Made by a program: the position numbers and the translations under genes. 64,000 bases of DNA from an uncultured delta proteobacterium (GTDB lineage Bacteria > Desulfobacterota > Binatia > UBA9968): positions 544,001 to 608,000 of the forward strand of contig CAVYTU010000017.1 in NCBI GenBank assembly GCA_963771465.1. Direction: 5' to 3'. Each line of letters begins with the position of its first letter. The stretch's first letter is position 1. Below the pieces are notes generated by a model. It had not been told where the DNA came from. It saw nothing but the letters and a program-made list of their open reading frames with translations, and made no database searches. Of this stretch, positions 19,284 to 28,438 are shown one piece after another.

Positions 19284-19826
19284 ATGGAAAAAATTGATAT
19301 CGTCAATTTGCCGCTATTCGATCGTCATGGCGCGCCAACGCATCTGACGCACCATTTCACCGACCGGCTGCTGGTTATTTTTTTGCGCCACTTGGCGTGA
19401 CTGCCTTGCCAATCTCATCTCGTCGAGATGAGCGCATTCAAAGCTGAATTTGACCGCCGCGGCGTTGCGATCGTCGTCGTCTCGTTCGCCGAGCTGGGCA
19501 AGCTGTCTCCCTATATCGACTATCATCACTGGCCGTTTACAATCCTCGCCGATCGCGAGCGCAAAGCCTATGCGGCGTTCGCATTGAAACGATTGTCATG
19601 GTGGCGCGTCTTTTCACCGGCTATGTTCAAGCTATATCTCAAGCTGGTGGGCAAAGGCTTGCAGCGCCGCGATTATGGCAACGAGGATTTTTACCAGTCC
19701 GGCGGCGACTTCGTGCTCGACCGCGAGGGAAATATTCTATTCGCGCATCGCAGTGAAGATCCGGGTGATCGGCCGCAGGTCGGAAAATTGCTCATGGCTA
19801 TCGACCGCAGCGCGCGGTCGCGATAG
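19284..19826 (+). CDS. Selenocysteine-containing peroxiredoxin-like (AhpC/TSA_2, SelL-related) redox protein
   Basis: ATG 19284 in frame with ORF 19428-19826; single TGA at 19398-19400 (codon 39) in LVIFLRHLA-U-LPC (UxxC); downstream LADRERKAYAAF and QSGGDFVLD...HRSEDPGDRP family motifs. Confidence 0.85.
19401..19436 (+). promoter_or_regulatory. Putative bacterial SECIS element
   Basis: 8-bp stem CTCATCTC(19414-19421)/GAGATGAG(19425-19432), loop GTC whose G lies 22 nt after the UGA; short lower stem TGC/GCA. Confidence 0.7.
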
Positions 19827-19864
19827 ACGAAGTGCAACACAAGCGAAGAGCAACAGCCGCCGCC

Positions 19865-21409
19865 CTATTTCCCTTTGATACTCGCCCGCTTCATCTGCAC
19901 TTTTTCATCCGGCGGCGCGGTCCAGACCAGATCGGCGCGGTGGGCATAGATATCCATGGCGTTCCACAGCGGCACGGCCGGCGCGTCATCCAAAATCATC
20001 CGGTGCGCGTCCCACAAGAGTTTTTCGCGTTTCTTCGAATCAAAAGTTTGCTGCTCGGCGTCAAGGATCTCGTCGAGCTTGGGGTTGCTGTAGCCGAGCA
20101 CTCGGCGGGTATTGCCGGTGCGAAAATATTGCTGAAACAGCGCGTCGGCGTCGGTCAAGCTGCCGCGTCCGGTTAAGTAGATGGGATACTTGCCGTTTTT
20201 GTAGTCGGTGTTGAAGATCGCCCATTCGGGCGTTTTGAGATTGGCTTTGATCCCGACTTTCGCGAGCTGTTCGACGATCACCAGCGCGACTTCGCGGTCC
20301 TTCGGATAACGTCCGGTCGGGCTGTAGTAATCGATTTCAAAACCGTTGGCGAAACCGGCTTCGCTCAAGAGCTGCTTGGCTTTATCAGGATCGAAGTTGA
20401 ATGCTTTTGCGCCCGGCTCGTAGCCGAAAACCTGCGGACTCAGCAGTCCGCTCAGGGGAAACGCATTGCCTTCCAAAATATGCTTGATGATGCGCTCGCG
20501 ATCGATGGCGTGGGTGATGGCGCGGCGCACTTTGACATTGTCGAGCGGTTTGTAGGCCGGGCTCAATACCAGAAAGATCGGCCGCAGCCCCTGCACCGGC
20601 TGCACTCGCAGCCGCGGATTGCTCTTGAGCCGGGCGACTTCGTGGGGTGGAATGTTGCTGATGACGTCGACCTGGCCGGCCTCGAGGGCGGCGATGCGCG
20701 CCGAGTCTTCTTGGATCGCGCGGTAAACGACCTCGTCGATGCGCGCCGGCTGGCCCCAGTAATTGTCATTGCGCCTGACGACGAACTGGCCGCTCCGTTC
20801 CCAACTGGTAAACTTAAACGGCCCGGTGCCGATGGGGCGATTGTCGAGCTCGCCCATTTTTTCTGCCGCCGCTTGTTTCATGATCACGCGGCCGTTGATG
20901 TCTTCGAGGGCATTGGCGTCGAGTTGCTTTAGCGTGACGATGAAATTGTAATCGTCGGGCGCGTCCATTTCTTTGACGTTGGCCAGATTGGGCGCCTGTA
21001 GACTCGCTTTGTCGGTAAGAATGCGTTTGAACGAAGCCATGGCATCTTTGCTGGTAAACGTCGTGCTATCGTGGAAGCGCACACCACGGCGTAGTTTGAA
21101 ATGCAGCTTGGTGCCCTTCATTTCCCACGACTCGGCGAGTACGCCTTTGTAACCGCGTTTCTCGTAGTCCGCGTCGATTAACGGCTCCATCACCGAGCCC
21201 CAAGCGGCCACCAGCGGCGAAGTATTTACAGCATAGGGATTTAACGAATAAACACCCACACCATGGGCGATGATGACGCGGCTGCGGTTTGCCGATTGGG
21301 CCAACAATTTCGCCGGATGCGCCAGTGGCGAGGCCGCCAATGCGGCGCTCGTGAGGGCGGCGTCGCGCAGGAATCTTCGCCGGCTTGGGTTCTTAATTCG
21401 TCCACTCAT
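19865..21409 (-). CDS. ABC peptide/nickel-type solute-binding protein (family 5), Tat signal
   Basis: SRRRFLRDAA twin-arginine signal; LAESWE, KLRRGVRFHD, PIGTGPFK, KVRRAITHAIDR. Confidence 0.92.
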   Translation of the reverse strand: MSGRIKNPSRRRFLRDAALTSAALAASPLAHPAKLLAQSANRSRVIIAHGVGVYSLNPYAVNTSPLVAAWGSVMEPLIDADYEKRGYKGVLAESWEMKGTKLHFKLRRGVRFHDSTTFTSKDAMASFKRILTDKASLQAPNLANVKEMDAPDDYNFIVTLKQLDANALEDINGRVIMKQAAAEKMGELDNRPIGTGPFKFTSWERSGQFVVRRNDNYWGQPARIDEVVYRAIQEDSARIAALEAGQVDVISNIPPHEVARLKSNPRLRVQPVQGLRPIFLVLSPAYKPLDNVKVRRAITHAIDRERIIKHILEGNAFPLSGLLSPQVFGYEPGAKAFNFDPDKAKQLLSEAGFANGFEIDYYSPTGRYPKDREVALVIVEQLAKVGIKANLKTPEWAIFNTDYKNGKYPIYLTGRGSLTDADALFQQYFRTGNTRRVLGYSNPKLDEILDAEQQTFDSKKREKLLWDAHRMILDDAPAVPLWNAMDIYAHRADLVWTAPPDEKVQMKRASIKGK

Positions 21410-21476
21410 AAGAACTCCCTTCGTACGGAAGAATGAGCCATTCGGGTGTATGATCGTTGAAAACTAACCCTGCCAC

Positions 21477-21543
21477 GATATAGCGCGCCAGAAGAAGCTG
21501 TGTCAACGTCGTATTGACAGTGAAACGCGTGCGGGAATAGAAG
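21477..21543. promoter_or_regulatory. Back-to-back divergent sigma70 promoters
   Basis: TGTCAA(21501-06) and TTGACA(21514-19) 7 nt apart; -10 candidates TATATC (minus) and TAGAAG (plus), both with 18-nt spacers. Confidence 0.5.
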
Positions 21544-21559
21544 GGGAAAAGGAGTTTTC

Positions 21560-22882
21560 ATGGCAAAGATCATCGATTCCTTGGTTGAATATATGTTGGC
21601 GGCGCGTCATGCGCAGTTGCCGGCAGAAGTGATCCAAAAAGGCAAAAGCCATTTGCTTGATTCGCTTGCCGCGATTGTGTCGGGCGCGACTTTGAAGCCA
21701 GGCAAGCTCGGTCTGCAGCATGCGCGAGCGCTTGGCGGCAAGGAAGAGTGCAGCGTGTTGGGCGCCAATTTCAAAACGACATCGATCATGGCCGCTTTCG
21801 CCAATGGTATGTCGGGTCATGCCGACGAAACTGACGATTCAAACAGCCAGCTTCATCCCGGCTGCGCCATTGTGCCGGCAGCATTGGCGATGGGTGAATT
21901 AAACAATCGCAGCGGCGAGGCGCTGCTACGCGCGGTAATCCTCGGTTACGACATCGGCTTTCGCTTCCATCAAGCGTTCGAGCCGCGATCGACGAGCTTT
22001 GGCGCGACGTTCGGTTGCGCCGCGGCGGCGAGCGCGCTGGCGGATCTCGACGCTTTGCAGCTTCGCTATGCGATCTCCTACGCTGCGCAGCAGGCGTCGG
22101 GGTCGCGTGCTTGGGTAGGCGATGACGATCATATCGAAAAAGCTTTCGACTATGCCGCCATGCCGGCGCGCAACGGCGTGACGTCGGCGCTCTTGGTCAA
22201 GTCCGGTTTTACCGGCAATCGTGACGTGCTCGAAGGCGATCAGGGTATCATCAAAACCTATGCGCCTTGCGATCCCGCGAAGCTCCTCGCCGAGCTCGGT
22301 GAACGTTTCACGATTACCAGTTGTTTGATCAAGAAATATCCGGTGGGATCGCCGATGATGGAGACGGTTGATGCGACCTTGACGATGCTTTCCAAGCAGA
22401 CGATCGCGGCGGACGAAATCGAGAACGTCGTTGTCCGCATTCCCGAAAGCGGTGCACGCACGGTCAACAATCGCAAGATGCCGGACGTTAACGTTCAGTA
22501 CATGGTCGCGTCGATTCTGATCGACGGCAAGCTCAGCTTCGAGTCGGCGCATGACTATCAGCGCTTTCAAAACCCGCGCGTGCTCGCACTCAAAGAGAAA
22601 GTGCAACTGATCGGCGACGAAACGATGGAACGGTCCGGCCATCGTTTTCAGGGACTCGTGGAAGTTACCTTGAAGGACGGCAAGGTTTTTCACGAGCACG
22701 TGATCGGCTGCCGCGGTCGGCCGGAAAATCCGATGAGTCCGGATGAGGTTGAGAAAAAAGCCGCGTGGCTGTTGGAACCCATTCTTGGTAGGGAAAAGGT
22801 CGAGCAGATTATACAGTCGACTCGAAAAATTGAAGCGCTGGCCAACATTCGGGAACTTACCGATCTGCTCGCACTGACCTGA
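21560..22882 (+). CDS. MmgE/PrpD family protein
   Basis: AAFANGMSGHADETDD, HPGCAIVPAALA, ARNGVTSA, IKKYP, RGRPENPMS. Confidence 0.92.
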   Translation: MAKIIDSLVEYMLAARHAQLPAEVIQKGKSHLLDSLAAIVSGATLKPGKLGLQHARALGGKEECSVLGANFKTTSIMAAFANGMSGHADETDDSNSQLHPGCAIVPAALAMGELNNRSGEALLRAVILGYDIGFRFHQAFEPRSTSFGATFGCAAAASALADLDALQLRYAISYAAQQASGSRAWVGDDDHIEKAFDYAAMPARNGVTSALLVKSGFTGNRDVLEGDQGIIKTYAPCDPAKLLAELGERFTITSCLIKKYPVGSPMMETVDATLTMLSKQTIAADEIENVVVRIPESGARTVNNRKMPDVNVQYMVASILIDGKLSFESAHDYQRFQNPRVLALKEKVQLIGDETMERSGHRFQGLVEVTLKDGKVFHEHVIGCRGRPENPMSPDEVEKKAAWLLEPILGREKVEQIIQSTRKIEALANIRELTDLLALT

Positions 22883-23081
22883 CGACTAGGCTGTCAAGCG
22901 GCGCTCGTGAAATGGTTTGCTCAAACCAGAGGAGATAAAAATAGAAAATAGCAGATTGGGAATGACGTGGGAGGGAGTATTGTAGTCAAAGTAGTTTTAC
23001 ATGTTAAAAAGCGAAGCTATAGACCACAATTGACAGCGAATTGGGCCAATCGATAGTGAATAAATAGACAAGGAGACGATT

Positions 23082-23492
23082 ATGAAAAAATGGGTAGGAC
23101 TGGGTCTTGTTGGTGTTGCAATGCTGTGGATGTCGGCCTGCATCGTAGTCGATGGCGGCGGAGGTGGAGGTGGCGGATGGCAACAGATTGGCACCGGCGA
23201 AGCGCTTTTTGTTCAGGACCATGATGCCATCTCCGTTCCACGCGGCGAGGGACGGTATCGCCAATTACGGTTTGTAGTAACGGGCGGTGATCTAGAAATG
23301 CGTGAAATGATCATACACTTCGCCAACGGGGAAACGTATAGACCCAATATTAGATACGCGTTTTCAAACGAGGGCCCGCCGTTGGTAATCGACCTTCCGG
23401 GCGACGTCAGGAGCGTTACTCAAATTGAGTTCAACTACCGCAGTACAAATAAACGGGAAGGCAAAGCGAACGTGATCGTATACGGTCGGTAG
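23082..23492 (+). CDS. Hypothetical lipoprotein (DUF2541-like beta domain) with poly-Gly linker
   Basis: AGGAG RBS; lipobox MSAC; G8 linker; WQQIG...DHDAI...VIDLPG..RSVTQIEFNY. Confidence 0.7.
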   Translation: MKKWVGLGLVGVAMLWMSACIVVDGGGGGGGGWQQIGTGEALFVQDHDAISVPRGEGRYRQLRFVVTGGDLEMREMIIHFANGETYRPNIRYAFSNEGPPLVIDLPGDVRSVTQIEFNYRSTNKREGKANVIVYGR

Positions 23493-23786
23493 TATCGCCG
23501 ACTTTGCGCCGAACGATATGCTGGCTCCAGGGGAGTTTGTTCAAAGCATTCGGCGGGGCCAACCGAGCTTGGAGTGAATTCTATGCCGATCCGAATTGGT
23601 TGTGGCTAGCCTGGGGTCGGTAGGCGTCGGAAGAGGATGAGAATCTCTTAGATCCGATCCGTGGCCATTTGGTCTATAAAAGAATTGTGCGAATGTGGAA
23701 CAATTCGTCGGAAATTCGTTGGACAGGGATTGATGACGAAGGGGATGGTAGTGGAGGAATTGTTTTTGGGATTGAATCCATGATCG

Positions 23787-23857
23787 GGTTAACAGTAATG
23801 TCAGCGCGCGCAAAAAGATTCCTTACAGGTGCGCAGCAGCCTAATTGCGGGTTAGGC
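23787..23857 (-). other. Degenerate attC-like site
   Basis: Minus strand GCCTAAC-CCGCA-ATTAGGC...TGCGCA/TGCGC inner stem...GCTGAC-ATTACT-GTTAACC; upstream gene stops in the TAA of GCCTAAC. Confidence 0.3.
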
Positions 23858-24296
23858 GAACCACGACGGGGTAAAACGATGCCACACCGCAGACCCCACC
23901 AGCAGGCATAGAAAGTGCCAATTCCAAAAGTTGCGAATGAAATGACGGCGTCTGAAAACCCGCCTACCTCGTAGCCTTGTATCGCGAAAACGGAACCGAG
24001 GCAGAATGCGTAGATGGCTGAAACTGTAATAAGAGCGCGAACGAATAACGGAAGAAATCCTTCAACCCTGCAGAAATAGCCAGAAAGAAGGAACCACATA
24101 AAATAATAGTTACAGGTGACAAGAACATAAGTATGAACGCCGCTCGCCAAGGTGCGTTGTCAATCCGTCCCAAGTTGTCTACTCGTGAATCGGTCGCAAG
24201 TATGAAAACTGCAAGCACGAATGGACAGAGCGATGTCGCTGTCCCGGCTGCGATCACTGCGATCAGAAGCCGGATATTTTCGATTAACCTGACCAT
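23852..24296 (-). CDS. Hypothetical membrane protein (~148 aa) broken by two single-base frameshifts
   Basis: Joining three frames gives MVRLIENIRLL...FFRYS/VRALITVSAIYAFCLG...GIGTF/LCLLVGSAVWHRFTPSWFA*; 445 nt + 2 = 149 codons; AT-richer than flanks. Confidence 0.5.
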
Positions 24297-24424
24297 GACT
24301 TATGTCGAATAGCATCTTACAAGTCTAAAAAAGATAATACTGCAGAACCTATCTGTACGATCGAAAAATGTTCGATCCGATCTCTCGCAAATCCATAAAC
24401 CCGCGATTTTTGTTGAGCGTCCCA

Positions 24425-26755
24425 CTATTTTTTGATCACCCGGCAGCGTTGGCCGCGATGGGCAACCGACGCACTGATCGCGTCATTGTCGCTGTTCGGA
24501 ATCAAGAGATTGGTGTTGGCGCCATTCTGGCTGAACGCGTCTTGGCCCATGAGTCCGAGTTCCTGGCAGGCTTGCCACCAGCCGTAGACGGTGGCGGCGA
24601 CGTGCGGGTCTAATGAGTCGTTTAATTTCGCTTTAAGTTTCACTTTTCCTGTTTTCGTTTCGAGAATAATCCAGTCGCCTTCGGCAATTTCATTCGCTTC
24701 CGCCGTTGTTGGATGAATTTCAACGAACGGCTCGGGTACGGCGCGGCGCAGGCGCGGGATGTTGCGGTGTTGTTCGTCGCAGAAGTGGATGTCTCGGAAA
24801 AAAGTTAGGGTCAGTGGATATTCATTGTTGGATTGACCGCTGGTTTCGAATTGCGGCAAAGGTGAATGACCCGCTGCGGCGAATGTCGCGGAGTAAATCT
24901 CGATCTTCCCTGTCGGTGTATCGAAAGCGCGCGGCTTTCCGTTCAACGAATCGATCTCGGCGTATTTTTCGTACCGAGTTGTGACCGGGGCGCGCATGCC
25001 GACCGGATTGGCTCGCAGTTGTTTGGTCGTGAGGCCTGAGGGCGCGAGTTGATGCGCCAGCGCGGCTTCGATGTTTCCGTCAAAAAAGTGTTGGGCGATG
25101 CCCAGACGCTTGGCCAAATCGAAGATGATTCCGACTTCTGACCGCGACTCGCCAACAGGTTTCGCTACGGCAGGCCGCAACTGCGCCCAATTCAGTGTAT
25201 CCTCAGCCATCTCGAACGATGGCAGCAGCGCTTCGCGCTCCCAGCAGGTTGTTGCTGGCAGAATCAAGTCGGCGACCATTGCACTGGGATTGATTGTCGT
25301 GTCGACGTGAACGTAGAAGTCGAGCGCTTCTAACGCGGCTTTGCCGCGCAGCGGATCGCCGTGGCCCAACAATGGATCGGTGCCGAATAAGACCGCGGCT
25401 TTTATGGCATACGGTTTGGCGGTGAGGATCGCGTCGTAAACTTCGGCTGCTTGCACGAGTCCTGGATCGGCCGGCGGACCGAGTGGGTGTTTGTCCCTGC
25501 CGAGCCGCAGTTGAGCTTTTCCTTTCGGTAGCAGCTCTCGTCCGGTGATCGGATTGGTCGGTGTGATTGCAAAGAGCACGTTGCTGCCGCGCTTATCGTA
25601 CTGGCCGGTGAGTGCGTAGAAGATGCAAACCGCTCGGTTGGTGTGCATCGCGTCATTGTCTTGTTCCAGACCGACCCAAGTGCAATAGCTGGAGGGTTTG
25701 TGACTGGCGAACAGGCGAACCGCTTTTCTGACTTCTTCTGCTGGCACAGTGGTGATCGCTTCCGATCGCTCGGGCGTGAATTGCGCCACCGCTTCTTTCA
25801 GCCATTGAAGCGCCGGACGACACTCTACGGTTTGCCCGGCCAGTAGCTTCACTGGATACGCGCCGAAGAGCGCGGGAATTTTTGCTTGCTGCCACACGAG
25901 TGATCCGTCTTGATCATCCCACACCATCCACTCGGCTCTATTTCCATCCGCTCGCACGTCAGCTTCAGTCAAGAGTTTATTATTGTCCGAGCGAACTAAG
26001 AAGGCACCATTAGTCCACGTGCGAGCGAATTCTTCGTCAACGAGATTTTCTTCGAGCAGGACATGGATCATCGCCATTGCCAGCTCGCCGTCTTTTCCCG
26101 GACGGACGCGGAGCCATCTGTCCGCTTTCGCCGCTAAAGTTGTTTTGCGCGGATCTATGACAATCAATTTCGCGCCGCGGTTTCTGGCGCGGTTGATGCG
26201 CACGGCTTGCGCCGGCGACGTCGCCGGCGGGTTGACGCCCCAGATAAGCATACATTCGGTATTATCGAAGTCAGGCAGCGGCATGGTGCTGCCGTAGGTG
26301 TACTTGGAGCCGACCCGGCGGTTCCAGGTGCAGATGTGATTCGACGTCAGCAGATTCGGACTGCCAAACGCGTTTGCCAATCGCTGCAACCAGCCGTCGA
26401 AGTCAATTGCTGCGGTGCCCGCGGTTGTTGCGCGCGAAAAGACCACGGCTTCGGGGCCATGGTTGTCTTTGATGCGGTTGAGCTTAAGGGCAGCGAGATC
26501 GAGCGCTTGTTCCCACGTGATTCTGACCCAGCCGGGATCGGGATCGCCTTTCGCTCGTGTGCGCACCAGCGGAAATTGGATTCGATCCGGCGCGTAGACG
26601 ATCTCTGGCGCGGTGGTGCCTTTGACGCAAATGCAGCCGTTTGGATGATCAGGATCGGCGCCGACTTGAGTCAACCTGCCGTTCTCGACGGTGGCGATGA
26701 CGCCGCAGCGCGAGGTGCACATGGCGCAGTAGGTGTGAATCTGTTCGGTGGCCAT
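24425..26755 (-). CDS. Molybdopterin (bis-MGD) oxidoreductase, acetylene-hydratase-like clade
   Basis: TYCAMCTSRCG...ICVKG [4Fe-4S] motif, DRIQFPL, HICTW Cys ligand, VIDPR, ADLILPA, C-terminal VEIHP molydop-binding domain; no Tat signal. Confidence 0.88.
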   Translation of the reverse strand: MATEQIHTYCAMCTSRCGVIATVENGRLTQVGADPDHPNGCICVKGTTAPEIVYAPDRIQFPLVRTRAKGDPDPGWVRITWEQALDLAALKLNRIKDNHGPEAVVFSRATTAGTAAIDFDGWLQRLANAFGSPNLLTSNHICTWNRRVGSKYTYGSTMPLPDFDNTECMLIWGVNPPATSPAQAVRINRARNRGAKLIVIDPRKTTLAAKADRWLRVRPGKDGELAMAMIHVLLEENLVDEEFARTWTNGAFLVRSDNNKLLTEADVRADGNRAEWMVWDDQDGSLVWQQAKIPALFGAYPVKLLAGQTVECRPALQWLKEAVAQFTPERSEAITTVPAEEVRKAVRLFASHKPSSYCTWVGLEQDNDAMHTNRAVCIFYALTGQYDKRGSNVLFAITPTNPITGRELLPKGKAQLRLGRDKHPLGPPADPGLVQAAEVYDAILTAKPYAIKAAVLFGTDPLLGHGDPLRGKAALEALDFYVHVDTTINPSAMVADLILPATTCWEREALLPSFEMAEDTLNWAQLRPAVAKPVGESRSEVGIIFDLAKRLGIAQHFFDGNIEAALAHQLAPSGLTTKQLRANPVGMRAPVTTRYEKYAEIDSLNGKPRAFDTPTGKIEIYSATFAAAGHSPLPQFETSGQSNNEYPLTLTFFRDIHFCDEQHRNIPRLRRAVPEPFVEIHPTTAEANEIAEGDWIILETKTGKVKLKAKLNDSLDPHVAATVYGWWQACQELGLMGQDAFSQNGANTNLLIPNSDNDAISASVAHRGQRCRVIKK

Positions 26756-26859
26756 CGCAAATAAAGTTGTTGGCAGTTGCGTCGGTGATAGCGGTTGAGA
26801 TATTACTGCGACGTTACCTATATATACAATCTGCATTCGATTAACCCGGAGGAAATTCT

Positions 26860-27246
26860 ATGGCGCGTATCGCTCATATCGCTGTCAAAGTTGAAGACAT
26901 CGAGCAGTCCGCTCAATTCTATGAAAAAGCTCTAGGCTTCGTGCCGACGGGAAAATCTCGCTCGGATAATCGCGCGCGGGGTAGCTTCAGCGACGGTGAA
27001 ATCAATCTAACGCTTTTGCGCTACGATAATGAAGATACCGCGATGGCTCAGGTATCGGGTCGGGGTCCGTGCATTCATCATTTCGCGATCGAAGTGGAGG
27101 ATATGGCTAAGTATGTGGAACAGATCCGCGCGTTCGGTTGCGAGATCCTCAGCGATCCTAACAAGGCGCCGGTAAAGTTTCGCGCGCCGGGGGGAACGGT
27201 TGCGGAGATTGTGCCGGTGGGAAGATATCGCAAAGGGATGGAGTAG
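26860..27246 (+). CDS. VOC family protein
   Basis: IAHIAV, FSDGEINLTLL, IHHFAIEVED, KFRAPGGTVAEI. Confidence 0.87.
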   Translation: MARIAHIAVKVEDIEQSAQFYEKALGFVPTGKSRSDNRARGSFSDGEINLTLLRYDNEDTAMAQVSGRGPCIHHFAIEVEDMAKYVEQIRAFGCEILSDPNKAPVKFRAPGGTVAEIVPVGRYRKGME

Positions 27247-27277
27247 AGGATCGAGTGAGCAAATTTCGGAGGCTGCC

Positions 27278-28396
27278 GTGAAGAGATTATTGTTTTTGGC
27301 TTTGTTCTTCATCTACTGCTGGACGGGTTATTCTCGCGCTTTGGCCGCGGCCGCGTCGCCAAATCTGGCGAAGGCGAAACAAGACGCCGAATCGAAGGGC
27401 TTCGTTTTTTTTACCAGCAAGGATGAAATTGTCGCAAAGGCGAAGGAAGAAGCCAAGCTCGAAGCGCTGACGTTTCTCGAAGGCGCATCAAAGCGGGCGA
27501 TGATCGAGGCCTTTAGAAAAAAATATCCATTCATTCAGGTTACCGCGGAGGAAATCGGCGGCACGGATGAGTATCAGCGCTTCATTCTCGAGATGAAAGC
27601 GGGCCGGGCCAAGCGCTGGGATACGGTGCATATTTCGAATCAGGTTTACGCCGAGTATCCACCGTTCTTAAAAAAGTTCGACATCCTCGGCATGGCGGAG
27701 CAAGGTGTGCTTAATATCCCGGCGAAGGTAGTCGACTCCAATAACAGAAACATTGTCTCCAAGGGAACCCAGGTCGCTGTCGCGGCGTACAATAAGAAGC
27801 TGATCGCCGCGGATAAAGTTCCCACGACATGGGAAGGTTTTCTCAAGCCGGAGTTTAAAGGACGAAAATTCGTCGTCGATGTCCGGCCATTGTCCGTGGC
27901 CAACTTAGTACCGGCCTGGGGCCTAGAGAAAACTTTGGATTTCGCGCGCAAAATCGCTGAGCAAAAACCCGTCTGGGTTCGCGGCAGCCGAACGCTGGCG
28001 TCAATGGCGCTGGGAGAATATTCCCTCTTCATGGGGCTGAACGTTTCGAGCGTTCTTGAGGCGCAAGCAAAAGACTTGAACAAGAGCTTAGAATTGCAAT
28101 TTCTAGAGCCCGTGCCGGTGCGCTTTGGCGCCGCCGACGGAGTTTTTAGCATAGCTGTTCATCCTCATGCGGCGCTTCTGTGGATGGAGTTTCAAGTCTC
28201 CACCGAAGGCCAGGAGATTCTCGACAAATACGGTCCCGCTGACGGCTCCGTCTATGTTGCCGGCTCGCAATTGCATACGATGATTCGTGGTAGACCCCTG
28301 TCATCGCTGACTTGGGATTTGCAGAAAAATCTCGACCAATGGGTCAAACGCATCGTCGAGGCCTATGGTTTCCCGAGCGCGGAAAAGGGAACGTGA
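27278..28396 (+). CDS. ABC solute-binding protein (Fe/thiamine-type) with N-terminal extension
   Basis: GTG 27278 after GGAGG; signal peptide; AKQDAESKGFVF extension; VPTTWEGFLKPEFKG, HPHAALLWMEF. Confidence 0.85.
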   Translation: MKRLLFLALFFIYCWTGYSRALAAAASPNLAKAKQDAESKGFVFFTSKDEIVAKAKEEAKLEALTFLEGASKRAMIEAFRKKYPFIQVTAEEIGGTDEYQRFILEMKAGRAKRWDTVHISNQVYAEYPPFLKKFDILGMAEQGVLNIPAKVVDSNNRNIVSKGTQVAVAAYNKKLIAADKVPTTWEGFLKPEFKGRKFVVDVRPLSVANLVPAWGLEKTLDFARKIAEQKPVWVRGSRTLASMALGEYSLFMGLNVSSVLEAQAKDLNKSLELQFLEPVPVRFGAADGVFSIAVHPHAALLWMEFQVSTEGQEILDKYGPADGSVYVAGSQLHTMIRGRPLSSLTWDLQKNLDQWVKRIVEAYGFPSAEKGT

Positions 28397-28438
28397 GCGA
28401 TGCAAAATTCTTCAGCGTAAGCGAAGGAGGAAAGTTCG

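Noticed and set aside
19428-19826. 132-aa ORF as a complete gene
   Set aside because: Lacks the redox motif, its ATG lies inside the hairpin stem, and the upstream in-frame segment supplies the family N-terminus
23151-23177. GGC/GGA/GGT-rich run as a DNA repeat element
   Set aside because: Mixed Gly codons encoding a flexible linker after the lipobox; a protein-level feature
24425-26755. Calling the molybdoenzyme acetylene hydratase, formate dehydrogenase or a selenoprotein
   Set aside because: Asp13 equivalent is Thr, the FDH C/U-H motif is absent, and the ligand codon is Cys with no in-frame TGA
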